Below, piece by piece: positions 54,704 to 64,000 of a stretch of 64,000 nucleotides of DNA (within the stretch, counting starts at the first letter, position 1; every line of letters starts with the position of its first letter). This DNA is from a virus. Its lineage: Duplodnaviria > Caudoviricetes. The DNA lies in IMG/VR virus record IMGVR_UViG_3300014039_000541, positions 1 through 64,000 of that record. One strand, given 5' to 3'. The notes beneath the pieces are model-generated. The model was not told the DNA's origin. It did no database searches and was given only the letters and a program-made list of their open reading frames with translations. The translations under genes and the position numbers were made by a program.

Positions 54704-57700
54704 TTAATTTAATGGATACAAATATTTGTTTATGCTATTTAATTGTATATTTGATAAATCATTACTATTACTATAAAAACCAATATCTTTTGGTGTTAAT
54801 TTATACTATCCTTCTTTTACAATAGATGGACGTCTTAACATTAAAACAACATTATATTGCTCTTCATCATTAAACATCATACGAGGATATATATTATAAC
54901 ATAAATTATATGGCATTTTATCAACATTATTTTTGCCATTAATAACTGATGCAAAATCAAAATCCAATTGTTTAATATATTGTTTATTCTATACAGGATA
55001 TTTTGTATTATTAGTATTATCTTTTTCGTTACCATTATTTGTGGTATAATAAGGATAGCACCAAGATAATTGATATAATAATGATCTAAATAATAATGAT
55101 GGTGTATAAGAATCTGTTTTATCAGGTTTATTTACATTATATGTTTTGACTTTGTTTTTACCTAAATCAAAAAACTATAATTCATTCTATGTTTTTACAT
55201 CGTTTAATGATAATATATCATTTAATGAATACTAACCATTATCTGATGTTTTCGGTAAATATTGATAACCATTACCATATGTTTCAAAATGTCCGTTAAA
55301 TGGATTATCTGTATCATAATGATAATCTTTTTCATATATATTATTCCATTTCATCATGGATTTCAGTAATTGTTCCGAACGTAATTGTATATCATTATAT
55401 TGATGTACATATACAGCAGAATTATTACTTAATTGACTATACTGTGACGCCAATAACCTTTTATTATTAAATATAATACTATATTGATCGTTTATTAAAC
55501 GTGGTAATAATATATTGGAATTATATATAAATCTTAAATAATTTTCTGAAATATCATCTTTATCTTCACATAACCATTTTTTACTATACAATTTATCAGG
55601 GATTAAATTATATATATTATTTATGTTCTATGTAAATATTGACATCTTCTATATATTATCCTATAAATATCTACACTTAAATGCAATAGAATTCCAATTT
55701 GGTATTCTACCTATATTTTCTTTTGTTCTATTAATTGTTTTTCCCTAAGATATTTCATCATACTTATAAGGTAGAATAGCGATATTAGTAATATCAGAAT
55801 TTCCAAACCATTTTCTTAATCGTAAATCTTGTTGTAATATTCTATTAGATAATGTACTTTGCTATGCGTATGATGCAATATATGAAATAGGTGCAATAGA
55901 GCATTTTAATATATTAGATGTATATAAATAAGACTTATTTACATTTGTATTTTCTAATGGTAATATATGTTCATCAGAAACTATTTCAATTTTATCAATA
56001 TATTCCTATAACGTAAATGAATACGGTTCAGGATTTTCAGATTCCATGTAAAATCTCAAATGCCATATTCCAGAATTAGCTTCATCTATAGTAAACTCAT
56101 AATAATCATTTATGATTTCTTTAATATTATTTTTATCTAATAAGTCTTTAGCAGATATATTGAAAATGTCTATACCTGGTTTTATTAAAGTAAATGATAT
56201 TTTATCTTTAGTCCATTTATATCCTGTTTCATTAGCTTCACTTATAGTAGATGAACCGTCTTTACTATCAATAAAATTATGATTCAAATATAAACGTATT
56301 TTTAGATTAGTGTAATATTTCTTATAAAATCCCCAATTATCATCATTAAAATTATCAATCTATATTGAAGTAAATGTTTGAAATTGATTACATAATATAC
56401 CATTATCATAATTATTAAGTCTCTCTAATGACTCCAAATCATTATATATATGTAACTTTATATCAGGAATAGTTCGTTTTTCTTGATAACCAGAGATAAT
56501 TCTATTATATGTTACAATATTACTATATACTACATTTTTTTGAGATTCACTTAAATCTGCTGTTTCATTATCAATAGTATTATATTTAAATGTGTATAAT
56601 ACTTGATTAATAGGAATTTCGATAACACTTGAATTATATAAATCTGTTAAAAATTTATTATCAGATATTTTATTAATAACATCTGTAGTTATATCCTATT
56701 TTGATGTAATAATACCAGTTATTTTATAAATGCTTGTATCATTATTTAACGTTATCTTGGTATCATTTATTAATGTATCATTTTCATATACACTGAAATT
56801 ACATACATATGTTAATTTATCTTTTAATTCAACATACATATTATTATCTTCAATATTTATGTTAAATATATCTGTATAATCATATGTTCTTGTTTTATTA
56901 ACAGCATTAATATTAACAAATGAAGAATTAATATCAAACTCAGATGTATAGTAATTAAAATCGGCTCTTGTAACATTACTAAAATATTTCATACCGGATT
57001 TATCACCTACAAATTGATATATTAAATGATGTCTATACCTCTATGAATTTAAATCTGATTTATCTAGCGATATTGTCATTACGGATGAATCATTATAATT
57101 ATATTGCTTATATTCATATCCTGAATAAAAACTTGTATCAAATAAATTAGAAAATTTATTTTCCTCTTTTGTTTTATCAACGGGACTATTATTATAATTA
57201 TATACTATTATATCATTATTTGCCGTATGATATTTTTTATAATAAAACTTTGTTTCCGGTAACTATACCTTATCATATGTTAAATATTGTTCAACATCTT
57301 CTGTTATTATAATACCTTTTATATTTGTATTAATACAATACTAGTTTAATAAATCTTTATTAACACTTGTATTTAATAATTTATTTGACACATCATTAAG
57401 AGTTTGATAATCATATGTATTAATTAATAATTGTTTTATATTTGTATCTTTAATTTCTTTATAATATAAATTATCATAATTTCTTATATAGTTACCTGTA
57501 AGGTCTAATGATGGCATTTTAAGTGTTGAAGGATTTTCATCTACAAAAGTACCTCTTATATAATTAGGACCATATTGGTAATGTACACTTGAATCTAAAT
57601 TATTCATATCATTATAATTCCAATACATATGTGTATATCCATATACATAATTTTCTTTAGATACATCTATATTATTAAAGAAATCATCTACATTCATTAT

Positions 57701-58609
57701 GAATGATAGAGTGCTTGAATCATAATTATCTTCCGTTAACGTATAGCAATTTCCATGTTCATTTAATTTTAAATCTTTATTATATAAAACATTTGAAGCC
57801 TCTATGTTACCAATGTTATCTGTTTTTATATATAAATTATCAATATATAATTTCTAATTTGTTTTAAATCCTATATAATTTGTTCCATTTGATATAACAT
57901 CTAATGAATTTCCTGATGTTTTTAAACTTAATAATTCTTTATTGCCAGCTATATTATGTGTATATTTATGAATATCCTTGCCATTATTTAAATATGTATA
58001 TGTGGTATCATTTTTTATATTACATTTAATAGGTATTTCAGAATTTTCATCTATTACAACTATATCTTCATTATAGTTATTAATATCCATTACAGATGGC
58101 TTATTCTTATTAATATCTGTTATTCTTGTTATAGTCACAGGATAATCATTATATAATTCATTAGCAATAAACATTCCATTCTTTAATTCTCGTGTTGAAC
58201 CAGAACCAACAATATTTAATTTATGATGTTTGTTTTCATCAACCATAAATGGATGAGTATATGAAATATGCTCTAATAACTATGTGGATGTACATGTTGT
58301 TAATTCATCTGTTACTTCTATTATATAATCTATAGATGAATCAACAGAATCTTTATGTCGAATATACAATAAATCTCCAACATTATATTTTGGATTTAAT
58401 CTTAATTCATCTTTAGCATATGTTATATCATACTCTTTATCATCATAATCAATAGAACTATTTTTTAATGTACTTGTATCAAGATATGTGAAGAATGATT
58501 CTAATGTTCCAAAATATATAGAATTTCCAGACTTACCTTGCTTACCTTGCTATCCTGTAACACCTATACCAGGTAATCCATGTTTATATATATAATTTTC
58601 CATTTTCAT
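54704..58609 (-). CDS. Large structural protein, about 1301 aa, TAG=Gln, short N-terminal collagen-like segment
   Basis: Track ORFs 55232 to 58246 in one frame; TGATG coupling at 58609; GVTG(TAG)QGKQGKSG. Confidence 0.7.
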
Positions 58610-59763
58610 CAATTATTCTTTTTTAATCCTGATATTGTTCGGTCTTTAATATTTACATATGATTCCAATCCATTAATCAAAGACACGGTAACATTAGGTA
58701 AATCATTATATTTAACTTTATTGATTAAGTCATTTAATTTTACATAATCATAATTCTATACAATATTATAATCATATATTTTATCATAACATAATCGGAA
58801 ATCCTAAAATTCTTTATTCTAAAAATGCAATATAGTATTATTTGTTTTATCTTCCAGAATTTTATTAAAACTATTTAGTGAATCCTAATTTTTATAATTC
58901 TATGGTACAGATATTTTATATACAACACCATAATATATTACAGATGAATCATTATGTGTATAATTATATATTGATGCGTCTATATTACATGCAACGTTTT
59001 TACACATACTTATAAAATCTGTAATATTTTTATTATTAGTTTGTTCTACTGTATATACAGGCGAATAATCATTAGTCTTTACTGTATTTGTATTATTATA
59101 TTTTGTATAAACATTTGCATCAAGATATATTGGATAATTTGAACTTAACATAAATCCGTTATATTTTTTACTAAACTTTATATCAAGATTCATATCATGT
59201 TCGCCACTATACATTGATTTCATACTAATATAATTAACATCCTTATTACCTATATCATCTTTCTGTATTATTGATAATAAACCATTTCCTGTTGTATTAT
59301 CATTTTGGTCACATATAGTAAGTTTATTTGATCTTAATGAACCATTCGCATCACCAAATAATACTTCTTTAATTACCTTACCTTTCTCATCTGTAATATT
59401 TTTATTTTCAAACGTACCTATTTGTGTAATTATTTTTTCTATATCCTAATTGGTTACACTTGTACCGTTTTTTATTACTCTTATTAATTCATTTATATCT
59501 TGTAACATAAATACTTTTCCTTCAGGATCAAAGAACTAATCATTATTAACAAATTTTCTGTTTAATAAAATATCTTTTGTCTTTAATGGTAATAATCTTG
59601 AAGTAATTTTCTATGCAAATCCAGTGAACTCACCAGGAAGTGTGTATTCACTGAAGAATAAACTACTTCCTGGCGTTCCTTGCTCACCGTCTTTACCTTG
59701 TATACCATAAGTGGCAATACCTGGTGCATATGTATCATTATGAAATCTCTAAGAAATCTGCAT
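58609..59763 (-). CDS. Structural protein, 384 aa, TAG=Gln, short N-terminal collagen-like segment
   Basis: ATG 59763, YAPGIATYGIQGKDGEQGTPGSSLFF, TGA 58609-58611. Confidence 0.7.
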
Positions 59764-59768
59764 ACTTT

Positions 59769-62700
59769 TTATCGCTTATAAATTTTAACTGTTGGATATA
59801 TATTCTTACCAGTTGTTTCATTAATCACAATAGTTAGAGTATTTAAATTTTCTTTTGGTTCTATATTTGTAGAATAATTTTCATACTTATAATATGTGTT
59901 TAAATTAGCTGGTTTTTCAGTTACTATATTTATATTTGAATTTGGTTCTGTGTCTTTTGCATAAAGTTCAACTTCAATATTTGACTATGCATTATAATAT
60001 ACTGATAATGTATGATTTATATAATTTTTCTAACCTGTATATTGAGAATCTTTAAAATAATTCCAATTTTCATTAAATGATTCATTATTTATAAAATGAT
60101 TAAATATTGCGGATGTTAAATTTATAGTTATAACTGTATTACCTTGATTAATATCAGAAATATTATATGAAGAATCTGAATAATTAACAGATAATATGTC
60201 ATTCGCAGTAGGATAAACAAATTTATTAATTAATATATAATCATTATGAATAACCATACAGTGTGAACCTAAGAATGATTTATCATCAATTCCTGTTTTA
60301 TGTCCATCAATACTTATATAATCATTTTCATTAAGATATTTACGATAATAATTATTATCCCATGTCGCGCTTAATAATGAACGATTATCTACTAAATAAT
60401 AATTTTTATTTAATCTCTATAAATTAGTGTCTTCAAATACTTTATTACCTGGATAATTCTGTATTCTATTAATATTTTTTATTTTTGTATTAGATTGCAA
60501 TAAATCAACATTAAGAATATCTCGTAATTCATCATCTATATAAAAATCAACCATATTATTCGTATTAGGTGTAAACCATCCGTAATTAAATTTAATCTAA
60601 TTAGGTATTGATAATGTAAATATTAATGGATTATATTCTTCTGTATTATGTATTAATTTAACATCTGCTTTTTCTGGGATAATATATACATCAATATCAT
60701 TAGTAAATGTATCAACATATCGTTTTAACTTATCCTTCGGTGTTTCTAATGATATTAATTTTGATATATACTTCTTAAAATGTGTTAAATTAGTTCCTGT
60801 TATCAATTTCGTGTTAGTTAATAAGTTTGTTTTATCATTTTTATATGATATAATAAACTAATCACTATTAAGAATATTTGATAATTTTATATTGTTAACA
60901 TTATTTACATTATTTTGTTTCTTTATAGTTAATCCTAATTTATTTTCATTTAATGTTATTAATTTCGGATTTAATACATTTGTTATATTTAAATGCTAAC
61001 TTATATTTTTTCCTATAGTTGTAGTACGTCTTATAACATTTTCAAGGATCTATTTAGCTGTATGATTATATTCACCATCTGCCTTTGTAATAATATACGC
61101 ATGACTATTACTTGATATTGAATTTACATGAGTTAATGTACCTGGATAATCAATATACTCATAATTTGTTAATACACCAATATCATTATAATTATTAACA
61201 GAAACATATTCATTACAATCAACTGAATTTTCCATATTAAATGAAACAAACTATGGTAAATTAGTTGATAATGTTGTATTTACTATCGGTACATCATACT
61301 ATGTAAATAATGAAGACCATAAATTATGTTCATCTATTAATGACATTAATTGTTTATGAAAATTATTTTTCTTATGAGCATGAATACCATTATTCATACA
61401 GTTAAGTGTCCTGAAATCAATATCATATGGTGCGTTAAGAACTGCATAATCAGCATAACTCTAATATTCATTTGTTGTAACATTCTTTATGTTAGATGTG
61501 CCTTCATGTGCATAATCAATATAGAACTAATGATTAATCAATAAGATGAACCTTTCTTTTAACGATATATAAATCTCATTAGTTTTTGATAAATCATAAT
61601 CGGTTAAAACAAATGCTTCAAACCCTGAATAATCTTCAAGATGAATATAACTATTAACAACCTTTGTATTTAACTTAATATTAAATTTAATACCAGAAAA
61701 TATAAACTCAAGACTTTTAATATTAGAATTATAATATACAGATGCTGTATCAATATTAGTATTATCTATCAATAATTTTTTAATGGAATGCTGTACAGAA
61801 CTGTTTAATATACTTTCCTTATATGTAATTGATTCATTATTAATATACAATATATTATCTACTTTATTAGTTACATATTGATTTGTATCATAATCTGCTA
61901 CATTATAAGTATTTTCACAGAAATTACCATTAAATTCATAATTTTCATTTAATGTATTAACATCTAATATGTTATTATTATCATAATATTGTCCATTAGA
62001 TTTCCATAAACATTGTACAGATGGAACAATAGGATATAATAATTCACTATTACCTGTATTATTAGGATTTGCAAAATAATTATTTGATTTTAATTCTGGA
62101 ATTACAGTATCATAATTATATTCCTAATATTTTTGTTTGTCTGCTATTTTTAATTTAGTATTTTCTATAACAGATATTGAATTCAAATTATTTACGTTTA
62201 TAGTTGTACTTATATATGCTGTTTTAGAAGGTGTTATTATAAATGTCGTTCCTTTAGACACATTTACTTTATTGAATTTAAGTTTACCATCTAAAACTTC
62301 ATACATCACTCCATGTTGTATTCTATAATCCGTTTCATCTGTTGCAATAGTTTCACCTGCCGGAATATCAATATATAAATTATCCTCATTATGTAATGTT
62401 CTGCTTAAATCAATAGTTGTATCTATATCTTTAATATTAGTAATACCCATTATAGCAACTGCGATTTCTGTAGGTTTATACAAATGAATCTTATTAGTTA
62501 TTAATAACGAAGGATTAATAGTAGAAATCATGCATGTATTTACATCATATGGATTTGTTATTACACATAAATCCTATGTTTTATTAATAAACTACTATTG
62601 ATTATCTAAACTATAATTCTTATAATTATCTGGTTCCCATACGTTATTTCTCAAATATCCATTTGTAATATTAAATACATTAACTGTATCATAAATACCA

Positions 62701-64000
62701 TTTGTGTTATAAATTAATGGATACTTAATTTTATTAACTAAGTCACTAATATCTGTATTAACAGAATATGTATAATTAAGTTCTTTTGTAGATTTAAACT
62801 TAACAACATTATTGTAACGCCAACCTAATGTTTCAAAACAATAATTGGAGAATGCACAATAATAATTATCAAAATAATCTGATTGATTTGTCAATGCATG
62901 CATTTCATAAGTTATATTACTATTAAAATATGAAATAGTATCATCTTTAATATTAACAGGATCTTCTGATTCAACATAACAATGTAAATCACTTATATTA
63001 TTTAAATAATTATGTTCAAAATTATTATCTATATTCTTTATCCAATCATTTTCATTATCATCCGGTTGTATATCATTTTCAATATATTTAATACCATTAT
63101 GTTTAATAAATGAAATACTGTTATTATATTCTTTATTTGTTGTATATAATGATGATACAAGACCATTTACTTTATCAAATCCAAAATAATCATAATGAAA
63201 ATCATCAAACTTTGGTGTTAATATATGTTGAACATACATATTATCATATGATGAAATTATAGAAATACTCTTATCATTATAAGATCCAACTTTAATTATA
63301 TTAGTATTAAATTTCTCAATACATTTTATAATACGATTAATCTGTACATCTAATGTTGCAGTTATATCATTATATTCCAAATCCTATGAATAAAATGAAA
63401 TTCTATAGAAATAAGTATTTTCAGAATATCTACATTTCTATTTGGTAACATATGGATTTATATTATAATCAGTCTCTAATAATCTATCATCATTTGATGC
63501 AATTATTTCATATACAATATGTTCAGTTGTAAACTTATTCGTTTCATATGTATTACCAGCATTAGTAACAGAAGATTTAATAGGATAATCCTATGCAATA
63601 AATTTAATATGTTCACCACATTCAATAGGTTTATTGAAATGTAATATTATAAAACTTTTATCAGTATCTTTATCTATCTTAATTTCTGATGAATCTAATG
63701 ACATTAAATTTGAGTCTGGAGTATTAGTGACATAATTCTTAAAGAAATTCTTTAAATCAATATCAGTCTAAACTCTACCCACATTATTATTTGTTATTGC
63801 GAAGAATAATCTATCATAATATTTCTTATCGAATATTACTTTATAAATATTCTCATCTCCTTTATAAATATCACCATTTTCATCATATTTAGTTAATACT
63901 GTATTTCCTGTACTATTCTTAGAAGAAACAACATAACCATAATTAATGAAATCATTTGCAGTTAAATATAATCCAAAATAACGATGCATAGAATATTCTT
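59769..64000 (-). CDS. Very large structural protein, 5' partial (>1400 aa), TAG=Gln
   Basis: Seven track ORFs from 60030 to 63989 share one frame; TAA at 59769-59771. Confidence 0.7.

Noticed and set aside
36139-64000. Pseudogene decay or sequencing errors as the cause of fragmented ORFs
   Set aside because: The breaks checked are TAG in a constant frame with no frameshifts, and conserved motifs remain intact.

Overview
This is a very AT-rich segment of a large T4-like (jumbo/mega) phage infecting Bacteroidota. It resembles Lak-type Prevotella megaphages, but that identity is inferred, not searched. The genome uses an alternative code in which TAG encodes Gln (translation table 15). Most short ORF fragments in the supplied track end in TAG and join in frame into long genes ending in TAA or TGA. 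TAG codons are absent from most early and replication genes (both topoisomerase II subunits, FolD, clamp loader, sigma factor, intein-containing nucleotidyltransferase, RNA-ligase-like gene). They are dense in late and structural genes (baseplate gp25/gp6-like, tail fibre, gp2-like, RuvC-like, large virion proteins). Three upstream motif classes track the gene classes: host sigmaA TATCTTTG, A(A/G)AC(T/A)-N17-TATAA, and AATAAATA. The most unusual locus is at 33.7-34.9 kb. It holds a histone Hc1-like gene, a tRNA with an ochre (UUA) anticodon, a 14-codon leader ORF with an internal TAA that ends in Arg-Gly-Pro-stop, and a Pth2-like peptidyl-tRNA hydrolase, which together suggest a stop-codon readthrough sensing module. 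All calls come from reading motifs by eye; no database searches were run.
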